64,000 bases of DNA from Thermodesulfobacteriota bacterium (GCA_039715015.1 JBDLIE010000001.1:78719-142718); one strand, 5' to 3'; shown: positions 1 through 9,735, counted from the stretch's first letter. Notes: generated by a model not told the origin, from the sequence alone. Numbers and translations: made by a program.

Positions 1-1134
1 ATCTGGGCTGAGCTACAGGAAAAGGGAGTTGATTTTCTCGACATGGTGGAAGGCCTGCACGACTGCGCTGCCCGGGATAACGCCATAAATGATATTGTTG
101 AAAAGTTACAGGTCCCGGTGACCAGCAAGCAGGATATCCTTATCCGTTCGGCCATCGAGCGCCGCAGTTTTTTGGTCACCGGCGGCAAGTCTAATGTGGA
201 GGTTGACCAAAATCTCATCGATCTTTTGGGCGAGGACAGTTTTGTGGTTGTGCCTCTCTTTTCACCCCGTGCGGCCTTGGGAGTGATCATTGCCGATAAT
301 TATGTAAACCGTAATCCCATCAGCGAAAATGATGTCACCATGCTGGAGCTTTTTGCCAGCCAGGTCAGCCTGGCCATTGAGCATAGCAAGCTCCACAATG
401 AGATGCAGAACAAGATTGGTGAGCTGGAGCAGGTTACCCATGAACTCGACAAGAACAAGGACCTTCTTGTTGAGGCTGAACGTTATTCCGCCCTGGGTCA
501 AATGGCCGCCCAGATGGTCCATATTCTCCGCAATCCCATCACCTCCATTGGCGGGGTATGCCGGATTCTCTCCAAAAAGATTACCGATGAAAGTTGGCAG
601 CGCTATCTTGATGTGATGATAAAGGAAACAGCGCGTCTTGAAGGCACCCTGGGCGATCTTTTTGATTTCGTCAGCCGGGCAGAGCCCTTGAAGACAGAGG
701 CCAGCCTTTTTCCGGAGATAAAAAAGACCCTGCTTCTGGTGCAGCCCACCATGCTCAAGCAGAATATTACCTGGGACCTTGATTTGAAAGGGGAGGATGT
801 CCTGGTCGATATGGATGTTCGCCAGATACGGCAGATGTTTCTCCATATCATCCGTAATGCCCTGGATGCCATGGAACAGGGCGGCCATCTTGAGGTGAGT
901 GGCGAGGTCCTGGATGACAAGGTCCGTATCCGCATCGTTGATACGGGCATGGGGCTGTCTGATGCCAATCTGAGTCGGGCCCGGGACCCCTTTTTCACCA
1001 CCAAGACTTATGGCAGCGGCATGGGGCTTGCCATGGTTGACCGGATCGTCGAAGGCCATAACGGCAACTTCAGCTTGAACCGTAAGGAAGAGGGCATGGA
1101 GGCTGTGGTGGAACTGCCGGTGGTGAGGAAATGA
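1..1134 (+). CDS. GAF-domain sensor histidine kinase, 5'-truncated by the window edge
   Basis: Frame is open from base 1. GAF-like segment (VVPLFSPRAALGVIIADN), HisKA H-box (MVHILRNPITSIGG), HATPase N/G boxes (RNALDAM, DTGMG, FFTTK, GSGMGL). Confidence 0.9.
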   Translation: MWAELQEKGVDFLDMVEGLHDCAARDNAINDIVEKLQVPVTSKQDILIRSAIERRSFLVTGGKSNVEVDQNLIDLLGEDSFVVVPLFSPRAALGVIIADNYVNRNPISENDVTMLELFASQVSLAIEHSKLHNEMQNKIGELEQVTHELDKNKDLLVEAERYSALGQMAAQMVHILRNPITSIGGVCRILSKKITDESWQRYLDVMIKETARLEGTLGDLFDFVSRAEPLKTEASLFPEIKKTLLLVQPTMLKQNITWDLDLKGEDVLVDMDVRQIRQMFLHIIRNALDAMEQGGHLEVSGEVLDDKVRIRIVDTGMGLSDANLSRARDPFFTTKTYGSGMGLAMVDRIVEGHNGNFSLNRKEEGMEAVVELPVVRK

Positions 1135-1167
1135 CCCTGGCCATTTTCCGGCCCAGGAAAATCCATT

Positions 1168-3063
1168 GTGAAGATAACAGATCTTTTTACCCGCATCCCA
1201 AAAGGAAGTGCCGACACTGATGGCGGCAAGGTTTCTCGCCTTATTCAGCCGGTGCAACCTGTTGGCCTTGCCGGCAAACTGAACCTGGTGCCGGGCCAAC
1301 TCCTCCAAGGCGAAGTGGTGGGGGAAGATAGCAATGGCCTGCTTTTACTCAAGCTTGCCGGCGAGATTATTTCGGCCCGGACTCCCATAAAGCTTGAGCC
1401 TGGCCAGCAGTTCTGGTTTGAGGTTAAGGAGGCCGGGGACAGTCCCCTGCTGAATTTGGCCTCTGGGAAAGGGGCCATCCAAGATCTGCTAAAAGAAATT
1501 ATGGCGACCCGGCCGCTTCTGGTCAAAACGCAATCCTCTGTTGATGCGTCCCCTGCTTCACCTTCTGGGCCGCAATCCTCCAGGGCGCCACAACCATCCC
1601 CTTCTCCTGCGGCTCAGGCCTTGACTGAGGCAGCTTCTCCATCGGCAACATCATTCCCCGAGTTCCAGGAGCAAGATCAAAGTAAGGCTTCTGCCCAGGC
1701 TCCTACATCTCAAGCGGTGCAGACCAGTGACCGGGGTCTGCCGCTGTTGGCACGTGATGGAACATTGCCGCCGGAAAGCGTTCGCCTGGTCAGGGCCTTG
1801 GTTTCTCTGGTTAATTCGGGAAAGGGTGATATTTTTTCTCAGCAGGAAACGGTAGGTGCGCAGAAATTCCCACCCTTGATAAAAACCATTACCACCCTGA
1901 TTCGAGATGAGCAGATCCCTCCCTCCCTCCAGAAGCTTGAAGGTTTTGGGCATGTTGTCCGGCCAGGTGTCAGGCCTGGATTGGAGGCTGGGCAGCCCCG
2001 GCAGGATTCTAGACCTGGCGTCGCCGAGGCTGGGAGCAAGGATGTACAATCCCCCCCGACGCCGGAAGGGGGGCGCTCTTCCCTTGCCAGCTCTGCGGCT
2101 TTTTCGTCGGCAGAGGCCGCACTGGCTCCTGGGACTATCAAAATACTTAATGCCCTGGTGGCGATTTCCGGGATAAGGCCACCCACAGCAGAAAATCAGG
2201 GGCCGCTCCAACCGGTCGGCAATCCAGACCAAAATCTGGCGGAGATTCTATCCGTCATAGGGAGAGAGGGGAAGATTCCCAAGGCCCTGCAGCAGCTTGC
2301 TCCTTTGAGAATGTTGATGAATCCAGCGGCAAACATGAACGAAGGGCTGCTTGCCGGAGCCAAGCAGCCCTATGCTGGTCAAGAGAGCCAACCTGTGGGT
2401 GGGGGGGGAGGTTTAAGTTCGGCAGCTTTTCCTCTTCAATATGCTGCTGCCCAGCAGGGGGCGGAGCCGTTGCCTGGCCAATTGCGCCTCCTTGCTTCAC
2501 TTATGGGATTGGGGCCTAAGGCGAGTAGTTCTGCGGCATGGCATGAGATTGAAGAGATTCTGGTCCGCATACCTGAGGGAGAAATGCCTGCAGCCACCCG
2601 GAAATTTGCCTCTTTTTTTGAGGCGCACAGCAAGCTTAATGAAGAGTTGGCTGCTCCCACAGGAGGGCAGAGTGATTTTTATATTATGCCATCGGTGTTT
2701 GCCGGCCAAGCCGGCTGGGGGGAGTGGCTTTGGAGTAAAGAGGGGCCGCCAGCTGGCAACGACAGAAAAAGCCAGGAAAATCTGGTGTTTTTCCTGGAAA
2801 TGAGTAATTTGGGTGCATTGACCATCCAGATTCTTCTTAGGGAGAAAAAGTTGCGGGGTCAAATCATTATGTCTGACCAAAAGGGCAGTGAACTTGTTGC
2901 CTCTTTACTACCTGGGCTCCAACCGCGTCTTGAGGCGTTAGGTTACGACATGGTGGATTTCTCCTGTACGTGTCAACCGGTTAACCTCATGCAGGAGCTG
3001 AAAGAGAATCTGCATGGACAGATTGGTTCTGGAGCGGTTTCTCTTCTTGACGTTCAGGTGTAG
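1168..3063 (+). CDS. Flagellar hook-length control (FliK-like) protein
   Basis: N-terminal PGQLLQGEVV...LEPGQQFWFEV domain, long Pro/Ser/Ala/Gln-rich middle, FliK_C-like C-terminus (FFLEMSNLGALTIQILL...LQPRLEALGY...LLDVQV). Confidence 0.6.
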   Translation: MKITDLFTRIPKGSADTDGGKVSRLIQPVQPVGLAGKLNLVPGQLLQGEVVGEDSNGLLLLKLAGEIISARTPIKLEPGQQFWFEVKEAGDSPLLNLASGKGAIQDLLKEIMATRPLLVKTQSSVDASPASPSGPQSSRAPQPSPSPAAQALTEAASPSATSFPEFQEQDQSKASAQAPTSQAVQTSDRGLPLLARDGTLPPESVRLVRALVSLVNSGKGDIFSQQETVGAQKFPPLIKTITTLIRDEQIPPSLQKLEGFGHVVRPGVRPGLEAGQPRQDSRPGVAEAGSKDVQSPPTPEGGRSSLASSAAFSSAEAALAPGTIKILNALVAISGIRPPTAENQGPLQPVGNPDQNLAEILSVIGREGKIPKALQQLAPLRMLMNPAANMNEGLLAGAKQPYAGQESQPVGGGGGLSSAAFPLQYAAAQQGAEPLPGQLRLLASLMGLGPKASSSAAWHEIEEILVRIPEGEMPAATRKFASFFEAHSKLNEELAAPTGGQSDFYIMPSVFAGQAGWGEWLWSKEGPPAGNDRKSQENLVFFLEMSNLGALTIQILLREKKLRGQIIMSDQKGSELVASLLPGLQPRLEALGYDMVDFSCTCQPVNLMQELKENLHGQIGSGAVSLLDVQV

Positions 3064-3101
3064 AGCGAAATGCTATAAATAAAGATTGTAGGTCTGTTGA
3101 T

Positions 3102-3566
3102 ATGAAATGGCTTGTTGTACTTTTATTGGTTTTAGGTTGGAGCGGGGCGGCTTATGCTGATGATGAAGCCAAGATCATCCGCATGAAGGGCCAGAATTAT
3201 AAAATTTGGACGGACAAGAATGGTATCCGGCACATTGACCCTATCTATCTTGTTGAAAAGTCAGCAGGAGCCAAGGCGGCTGATAAAAAAGAAGCAGTAG
3301 CGGCCAGCAAGGCCAAGGAAAAAGAGAAAGCTGTTAAGCCCGAAAAGGTCAAAGAGCCAGACCCCGCCGTCACAGTGGTGGAGGAAATGACTTATGATGC
3401 CTGTCGAGAGTCTCTTGCCGCTGCCGAGGCCATGGCCTCCGTCTATAATGTGGTTTTTGACTACCCCAAAGGGCAGAAGTTTACAGTTCTCATGGTTGTG
3501 GACGAGAAAACCGTGCAGCTGAAATGTGAGTACGGAACCAGGGTCGCCACCACCTGGGATAAGTGA
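3102..3566 (+). CDS. Secreted hypothetical protein
   Basis: Signal peptide MKWLVVLLLVLGWSGAAYA, Lys/Glu-rich linker, C-terminal domain with two Cys. Confidence 0.75.
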   Translation: MKWLVVLLLVLGWSGAAYADDEAKIIRMKGQNYKIWTDKNGIRHIDPIYLVEKSAGAKAADKKEAVAASKAKEKEKAVKPEKVKEPDPAVTVVEEMTYDACRESLAAAEAMASVYNVVFDYPKGQKFTVLMVVDEKTVQLKCEYGTRVATTWDK

Positions 3567-3597
3567 GAAAGAAATCAAAGCAGTGGCCTGCATCCTT

Positions 3598-5079
3598 TTA
3601 ATGTGCAGCCTCTCCCCTCTCCATTCCGTTTTTGGCGGCAGGCCGCAGGGCTGAAATCAGTACCGCCCCTATCCCAACTCCAAGAAAACAAAAATAGGAT
3701 CGATGCAGGGCCTCAATGAAGCTTTGCGCGTGCTGCGGATTATAGTCCTTCATGTCCAGGCCGCCGCTTAGGTGTGAGAAAAAAAGCGCAAAGGAGAGGC
3801 TTGCCAGGGCAATGCCCAGCAGCATGCCCAAGGTGCGGGCGGTGGCCAGCAGGGCAGAGACTGTGCCGATATAGGGCTCGCCAATATTACGCAGGGCAGA
3901 GGCGCTATTTGGCGACAAAAAGAGAGAAAGCCCCACGCCAAAAAAACCTAAGCGTCCGGCAATGGGCCAAGGATTGCTGGTGATGGAGAGGGTGGTGAAG
4001 GAGTAGAGGCCAAAGGTGCAGATAATCAGGCCCGAGGTGGCAACAATTCTGACATCGGTGAAGTCGGCCAGCCATCCGGCAATGGGGGCGGTGATCAGGG
4101 CTGTAATAGGAATGGCCAACATAATGAGACCAATCTTTGAGGCAGGGAGGCCGAGAACCCGGTCAAGGTAAAAAGGAGTAAGAATGAGCACCGAAAAAAG
4201 GCAGAGGAAAATCATGGCTGCCGTGGCAACAGCAATGAGGAGAGATTTTTTCCGAAAGATAACAGCTGGAATGATGGCAGCGGGCTGTTCATGATCTGTG
4301 GGCGCTAGATTTGAAAGCATGCCTTCCCGCCGCACGAAGAAGAAGAGGGAGGTGAGGCAAATAGTCAAGCCTCCAGCCAGAAAAGAGGCTGAAGTTTTTG
4401 GGGCTGCAGCATGGCTGAGGACATATGAGCAGGAGATAAGAAGGCAGATCCACCAGAAGGCGCCTTGCCAGTCAAAAGGGTGGTAGGTGATGTCTTTCTG
4501 GTGGGAGCGCAGAAATATTTTTGCCAGCAGGCCCGCCGTTATACAGATGGGTGCCGGGAAAAGAAAGAGGCTGCGCCAGGATGAGTATTCAATAAGAAAG
4601 CCCCCGAGGACCGGGCCAGTCATCAGTCCTAGAGAGGTGGCAATACCAATGAGGCCCAGGCTGCGGCCAAGTTGGTCTGAGCCAAAGGCTGTTTTTAGCA
4701 TAGCTGGGCCATTGGCCATCATCATGGCGGCGCCCAGGGCCTGGACAAAGCGGAAAAGAATCATGAGCGGCAAGGAGCCAGCCCTTGAGCAGAGAAAAGA
4801 ACCCAGGGCAAAAATAACCAGGCCGGAAATATAAATATTTTCCCGGCCAAGACGGTGGGAGACGTGGCCCCAGAAGAGCATGGTGGCAGAGGTGGTAAGG
4901 AGATAGATAAGCACCACACCCTCGGTGTGGGCCAGGGGGCTGTGGAACTCTGCCATGATCGAAGGCAGGGCGATGTTGACCATGGAAGAGTCCATGGTGG
5001 CCAGAAAAACACCAGTTGCCACCAGAAAAAAAACCAGCCATTTAGCATTGTCAGAATTCATAAATAGGCGTGCAACCAC
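3598..5079 (-). CDS. MFS drug:H+ antiporter (DHA2/EmrB-QacA type)
   Basis: DSSMVNIALPSI motif, RFVQALGAAM, GPVLGGFL, about 14 hydrophobic segments. Confidence 0.9.
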   Translation of the reverse strand: MVARLFMNSDNAKWLVFFLVATGVFLATMDSSMVNIALPSIMAEFHSPLAHTEGVVLIYLLTTSATMLFWGHVSHRLGRENIYISGLVIFALGSFLCSRAGSLPLMILFRFVQALGAAMMMANGPAMLKTAFGSDQLGRSLGLIGIATSLGLMTGPVLGGFLIEYSSWRSLFLFPAPICITAGLLAKIFLRSHQKDITYHPFDWQGAFWWICLLISCSYVLSHAAAPKTSASFLAGGLTICLTSLFFFVRREGMLSNLAPTDHEQPAAIIPAVIFRKKSLLIAVATAAMIFLCLFSVLILTPFYLDRVLGLPASKIGLIMLAIPITALITAPIAGWLADFTDVRIVATSGLIICTFGLYSFTTLSITSNPWPIAGRLGFFGVGLSLFLSPNSASALRNIGEPYIGTVSALLATARTLGMLLGIALASLSFALFFSHLSGGLDMKDYNPQHAQSFIEALHRSYFCFLGVGIGAVLISALRPAAKNGMERGEAAH

Positions 5080-5232
5080 GGCAAGCGATTTCTGGTCCTG
5101 GAGCCTTCAGGTGCGGAAGTAAAATTTTTTAAGAGCATTCGGGGAATATTTTCGGTAGATTTCTCCTCATTAGATTACTGTGAAAGATCAGAAGCGTCTT
5201 TATAAAAATACAACGTAATAAGGATTTGTAAG

Positions 5233-5745
5233 ATGAAAGGATTTTCCTGGATGAGCAAAAATGCCCCCGTAGCTTTTTTGCTCTTAGTTTTGATGGCGTT
5301 TCATGGCGGAGTTGCCATGGCTGGTGCTAAAATGCCCCATTTTAGCCTGGAAGATGCAGCCACCGGTAAAGCGGTTGATAGCAGCACCTATGCTGGCAAG
5401 GCAAAGCTGGTGGTTTTCTTCGCCACGTGGTGTATGCCCTGCATGCAGGAAGTGCCGGCTTTGGTGGATCTCCAGAAAGAGTATGGAGAGGACGGCTTCA
5501 CCGTCATTGCTATCTCAGTGGACAAGCGTCTTGATAACGTTCAGAGCTTCATTAAAAAACAGCAGATCAATTATCCGGTGTTGATCTATGATGAACAGGT
5601 GATTTCTAATTTTGGCGGCATCCCCGGTCTGCCGACCACCTTTATGGTGGATAAAAAGGACAACGTGCTTAAAAAATATCCCGGTCTGGTACCCCACGCC
5701 CTCCTGGAGCGGGAGGTAAAACGTATGTTGGAAATTAAGGATTGA
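5233..5745 (+). CDS. TlpA/ResA-family thiol-disulfide oxidoreductase
   Basis: Signal/anchor helix, FFATWCMPCMQE active site, GLPTTFMVD cis-Pro loop. Confidence 0.9.
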   Translation: MKGFSWMSKNAPVAFLLLVLMAFHGGVAMAGAKMPHFSLEDAATGKAVDSSTYAGKAKLVVFFATWCMPCMQEVPALVDLQKEYGEDGFTVIAISVDKRLDNVQSFIKKQQINYPVLIYDEQVISNFGGIPGLPTTFMVDKKDNVLKKYPGLVPHALLEREVKRMLEIKD

Positions 5746-5816
5746 GAAGTGCTGCCTTCTGCTGAATAACTACTCATTTTCCCCCTTGACAACCATGGGA
5801 GGATTAAGTACTCAAC

Positions 5817-5835
5817 TATCATCATTATGATTATG
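5817..5835 (+). promoter_or_regulatory. Candidate Fur-like operator
   Basis: TATCATCATTATGATTATG is an imperfect 9-1-9 inverted repeat; its reverse complement matches the classic GATAATGATAATCATTATC box at 14/19. It lies downstream of TTGACA at 5786. Confidence 0.35.
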
Positions 5836-5896
5836 GGGGTATTTAAGAGCTCGAAACAATTTGAGTTTTTTAATAATACATCTAAAGGAGATGAAC

Positions 5897-6100
5897 ATGA
5901 AAAAAGTATTAGCATTCGCAATGGCCATGGCTTTCACCGTAAGCGCTGCATCTGTAAGCATGGCAGCCAGTGTAAAATGTACCGTTAAAGCTGTTGATGG
6001 CAACACTGTAACCATGGATTGTAAAAAAGCCAGCAAGCTTAAGGCCGGTGATGCCGTAAGCGTGAAAGCAAAGAAAGCCAAAGCTATCGAGGGTTGTTAA
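5897..6100 (+). CDS. Small secreted ExtJ-like protein with C-terminal Gly-Cys
   Basis: AAGGAG RBS at 5885-5890, signal peptide, short beta-rich body (VKCTVKAVDGNTVTMDC), ends IEGC*. Resembles ExtJ of the Geobacter ext selenite/tellurite operon (from memory). Confidence 0.7.
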   Translation: MKKVLAFAMAMAFTVSAASVSMAASVKCTVKAVDGNTVTMDCKKASKLKAGDAVSVKAKKAKAIEGC

Positions 6101-6134
6101 GACCTTTCTCGATTACCTTTGAGTTTGATTTACT

Positions 6135-6172
6135 AACCGCCTGTCCCAGATTGGGGCAGGCGGTTTTTTTTA
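6135..6172 (+). terminator. Rho-independent terminator
   Basis: AACCGCCTGTCCCA/TGGGGCAGGCGGTT stem followed by a T run. Confidence 0.85.
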
Positions 6173-6257
6173 TGCCTTTATGTTATTGTTGAGTGCTGCC
6201 TTGCCGGGGGCGGCTCTGGGAGGGTAGGGGCGTTTGCCAATGTTGTTATTTTTAGAG

Positions 6258-6319
6258 TTTAGCCACGGAATCCACAGAAAATACTGAAAAAAGCCCCTGT
6301 TGTTTTTCCGTGGCCTAAA
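6258..6319. repeat. Degenerate palindromic element with 9-nt internal repeats
   Basis: GCCACGGAA...TTCCGTGGC inverted ends; left arm reads CCACGGAAT/CCACAGAAA/ATACTGAAA. Confidence 0.5.
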
Positions 6320-6445
6320 AAGAAGAGCTGCTGCTTTCTGTCCCTATCTGCCCAGCCGTAAATAGATAACCTGCCGAGTTGACAGAAAAAATGATGTTAG
6401 CTACTCTCTGTTGAGAGATTTTTCTTTGGCCAATAACGAGATGAG

Positions 6446-7756
6446 ATGCCTGTGAAACAGAAACCGTCGGCAATAAATAGTATCTGGTTGGCAATGGTGG
6501 TTCTTGCCACGGTGACCGCTGCCTATACCGGCAGAATGGACGAGGTGACAAAGGCCTCCTTTGATTCGGCTAAGGCCGGAGTAATGTTGGCCATCGGCCT
6601 CATTGGCCCCATGGCCCTCTGGCTCGGCATTATGAAGGTGGTTGAGGCCGGTGGTCTGATGAGGAGCATTGCCCGGGCTGTGCGCCCCCTAATGATCCGT
6701 CTTTTCCCGGATGTGCCGGCTGAGCACCCTGCCATGTCGGCCATGATCATGAATATGGCTGCCAACGCCTTGGGGCTGGGCAATGCCGCCACGCCCATGG
6801 GCATCAAGGCCATGCAAGAGCTGGAAAAGCTGGCCCCGGAAAAGGGGACGGCCACCAATGCCATGTGCCTCTTTCTGGCTATTAACACCTCTTCCGTGAC
6901 TCTTTTGCCCTTGGGCGTCATCACGGTGCGAGCAGCGGCGGGTGCGACTAGTCCGGCAGCCATTTTGGTGCCCTCTCTGATAGCCACCATCTGTTCCACC
7001 TGTGTGGCCATTATCATGGCTAAAACTCTGGCCGCCAGAGAACAAGCGCCCTCAGTTATGAAACAAGGGGGGGCCTTGGCCGCTGATCAGGAGTTGCTCT
7101 CTCCGGAAAACAAAGAGGAGCTTTTTCCCCCAGGCCCCCTTGGCAAGGGGCTTGTTTGGTTGATGGTCGCTGCCTTTGTTGGCGGTATGGCCTATCAGAC
7201 CATTCAGAATTCTCCTGCTTCCTTGTTTAATTCTAACAGTCTCAACGCCCTTTCTGCCTGGCTTGTCCCCATTCTCATTGCCGGACTGCTTATTTATGGC
7301 TACCTGCGGGGGGTCAAGGTCTATGAGACTTTAACAGAGGGGGCCAAGGAAGGCTTTAATACAGCGGTGCGCATTATCCCCTTCATGGTAGCGATCTTTG
7401 TCGCCATTGGCATGTTCCGGGCCAGCGGCGCCATGGATATCCTGATCAGGATCTGTACGCCCCTTACCTCGCTCATCAATATGCCGGCGGAGTCTTTGGC
7501 CATGGCCTTTATGCGGCCCCTTTCCGGCAGCGGCGCCTTTGGCATCATGGGCGAAATTGTCAGCCAGGATCCGGACTCCTTTTTGTCCTTTCTGGTCTCC
7601 ACCATGCAGGGCTCTACTGAAACCACCTTTTATGTTCTGGCCGTCTATTTCGGCAGCATTGGCATCAAGCGCACCCGTCATGCCCTGCCTGCCGCCCTCT
7701 GTGCCGACGCAGCAGGCGTGCTTGCCGCCGTGGCTGTCTGTAATCTTTGGTTTTGA
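6446..7756 (+). CDS. Fused SpmA/SpmB (nucleoside-recognition Gate domain) membrane protein
   Basis: ANALGLGNAATPMGIKAM (SpmA) and RPLSGSG/GSTETTFYVLAVYFG (SpmB) motifs in one ORF. Confidence 0.9.
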   Translation: MPVKQKPSAINSIWLAMVVLATVTAAYTGRMDEVTKASFDSAKAGVMLAIGLIGPMALWLGIMKVVEAGGLMRSIARAVRPLMIRLFPDVPAEHPAMSAMIMNMAANALGLGNAATPMGIKAMQELEKLAPEKGTATNAMCLFLAINTSSVTLLPLGVITVRAAAGATSPAAILVPSLIATICSTCVAIIMAKTLAAREQAPSVMKQGGALAADQELLSPENKEELFPPGPLGKGLVWLMVAAFVGGMAYQTIQNSPASLFNSNSLNALSAWLVPILIAGLLIYGYLRGVKVYETLTEGAKEGFNTAVRIIPFMVAIFVAIGMFRASGAMDILIRICTPLTSLINMPAESLAMAFMRPLSGSGAFGIMGEIVSQDPDSFLSFLVSTMQGSTETTFYVLAVYFGSIGIKRTRHALPAALCADAAGVLAAVAVCNLWF

Positions 7757-7762
7757 TGAAGC

Positions 7763-7855
7763 AGAAATAAGGATTTGAGAATTCAGGATTTGAGAAGGAG
7801 GGAGGGCCTGCGGCCCGTCTTTATTAATTTCTCAAATTCTCAACTACTTATTTCT
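7763..7855. repeat. Dispersed palindromic repeat, copy 1 (AGAAATAAGRATTTGAGAA family)
   Basis: Left arm AGAAATAAGGATTTGAGAATTCAGGATTTGAGAA; right arm TTCTCAAATTCTCAACTACTTATTTCT. Lies between convergent genes. Confidence 0.7.
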
Positions 7856-7866
7856 CATCTTCTTAT

Positions 7867-8793
7867 CTACAACTCTATCTCCATCCCTTCCCTGGCAAAA
7901 AAGATACGAAGCTCATCATCTGAACCTTCCTGGCAATAGATTTTTGCCAAGTCGTCATACTGGTCATCATTGCGCATGGGTTCGTGGTGGAAAAGGGCCA
8001 TGGCTTTCACCTCGGCCTTTTTGGCCTGGGTAATGGCAAATTCGATGGAAGTGTGTCCCCAGCCCTGTTTGTCAGTCTCATATTCTTGCTGGGTGTACTG
8101 GCTGTCTTGGATCAGAAGATCGGCCCCGGCAATGAATTGTTCAATGGCCTGGTTCTGTTCGGCAGCCACAAGCTCTCCCTCAGCCGCCATCATTTCATCA
8201 TAGGAAGGATCATGGGGATCAGTAACAAAAACATTGGTGAAAGGTTCGGTGTCATAGGCCGTGCAAAATACCTTGTCGCGATATTCGAAACGATAGCCAA
8301 GGCAAAGGATGGGGTGGTTGAGATATTTGGTGGTGAGTTTGATGCCGTCCCCTAGGTCGAAACTCTCCTCCTTGAGCGGCGAATAGGTAATCTCTGCCCC
8401 TAACTCAACCTCTCTGACAGGAAAATAACGGTAGGTGAGCTGGCCCCCCACAATTTTTTCCAGGGTGTCCTGCTCGTAGGAAACCGGGCCGCATACCTTG
8501 AGTTTGGTGCCGCGAATATAGAGTGGTGCAAAAAAAGGAAAGCCCATGATATGGTCCCAGTGGGTGTGGGTGAGGTAGATTTCGGTGTCAATAGGACCAT
8601 TGCCCAGGTCATGCTCCAGCATATGATTGCCAAGTTCCCGCAAGCCAGAGCCGGCATCAACGATGATCAGGCGATTAAGTTCGGGAAAACGGACCTCAAT
8701 GCAGGCGGTGTTGCCGCCATACTTAATGGTGTGGGGACCAGGGCAGGGGATGGAGCCACGGACGCCCCAGAATTTTATTTTCATGATGCTCAC
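7867..8793 (-). CDS. MBL-fold metallo-hydrolase (RNase Z/cyclic-nucleotide phosphodiesterase-like)
   Basis: FWGVRGSIP, YGGNTAC, THTHWDH metal motif, WGHTS, LFHHEP. Confidence 0.9.
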   Translation of the reverse strand: MSIMKIKFWGVRGSIPCPGPHTIKYGGNTACIEVRFPELNRLIIVDAGSGLRELGNHMLEHDLGNGPIDTEIYLTHTHWDHIMGFPFFAPLYIRGTKLKVCGPVSYEQDTLEKIVGGQLTYRYFPVREVELGAEITYSPLKEESFDLGDGIKLTTKYLNHPILCLGYRFEYRDKVFCTAYDTEPFTNVFVTDPHDPSYDEMMAAEGELVAAEQNQAIEQFIAGADLLIQDSQYTQQEYETDKQGWGHTSIEFAITQAKKAEVKAMALFHHEPMRNDDQYDDLAKIYCQEGSDDELRIFFAREGMEIEL

Positions 8794-8850
8794 GCCTCAC
8801 CTTTTGAATTGCCGGTGACACCGGCTCGATGGCTGTTCTCCAAAAAGGGC

Positions 8851-9735
8851 TTACCGGGCAACCTGGAGGAAGATCTGCGCCTTTTCAACCTCCATTTCCA
8901 CTGTAGAATGGAGGGCTGATATCTCATGCCAGTCCATACCGCTGTCGTGGATAATCTGTTGAGCAAGGGCTGGCTCCTGGTAGTGATCTCCAGCAGAGCC
9001 GATCTCAAAAATATTGGCGTAGAGGTTGGCCAGGGCCACAGTTTTAACCAAGTTCCTGTTCTCATCCGTTGCCTTCTGGGGGGCATGGTGGTGCCAGAGA
9101 GTTTCAATCATATTATTGTTGAGCTGCCATTTGCGGGCAATGATTCGTCCTGCTGTGCGGTGGTCGAAACCGAAGATCATGGATTCGGCCCGCACCAGGG
9201 AGCAGCGTTGTAGGTCGCATAATTCCAGAACCTTGCGGTAATCAGCAGGGAAGCAGTTACTCAAAGGAATTTTACCCAGGTCGTGGAGAAGACCGGCCAC
9301 AAAGAATTCTTCGCGCTGGGCAAGGGGAACGCTGGCCTGGGTGGCAATGGCCTTGGCGGTAACTCCAACACTGATGGAGTGGGCCAGATAGTCATCCATG
9401 GAAAGACAGTCCATGCCTTCTTTGCCAACGCTGCCTAAAATTGCCGTGGACAGGGCCAGATTTTTAACGGTGTTAATGCCCAGCATGATGATTGCCCTGG
9501 TCAGGGAGGTAATCTGGTTGGGCAGGGAGTAATAGGCGGAGTTGATCAGCTTCAGGACTTGGCCGGTGAGGACAGGGTCAAGTGAAATGACACGGTTCAG
9601 GTCGTTTGGCGAGGTGGTGGGCTGATTGCAGACCTCCAGCACCTTGGTGACCGTGGTGGATAGGCTGGGCATCCGGTCAATATATTCGCGGATTTTGTCC
9701 AGATGTTGTTGGGTAATCGGGTCTATGTCAGGCAT
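8851..9735 (-). CDS. HDOD domain protein
   Basis: DPVLTGQVLKLINSAYY, AIIMLG, AGLLHDLGK, GFDH...W...HH. Confidence 0.9.
   Translation of the reverse strand: MPDIDPITQQHLDKIREYIDRMPSLSTTVTKVLEVCNQPTTSPNDLNRVISLDPVLTGQVLKLINSAYYSLPNQITSLTRAIIMLGINTVKNLALSTAILGSVGKEGMDCLSMDDYLAHSISVGVTAKAIATQASVPLAQREEFFVAGLLHDLGKIPLSNCFPADYRKVLELCDLQRCSLVRAESMIFGFDHRTAGRIIARKWQLNNNMIETLWHHHAPQKATDENRNLVKTVALANLYANIFEIGSAGDHYQEPALAQQIIHDSGMDWHEISALHSTVEMEVEKAQIFLQVAR

Noticed and set aside
262..1308. 348-aa minus-strand ORF and similar long antisense ORFs (13873-14670, 17611-18444, 30981-31721, 54388-55335)
   Set aside because: They shadow well-supported genes on the opposite strand and have no motifs.
2401..2408. 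G8 tract as a phase-variation site in the FliK-like gene
   Set aside because: In frame, encodes a Gly linker, and there is no evidence of length variation.
6446..7756. SpmAB as evidence of sporulation
   Set aside because: Fused SpmAB proteins are widespread in non-sporulating bacteria.
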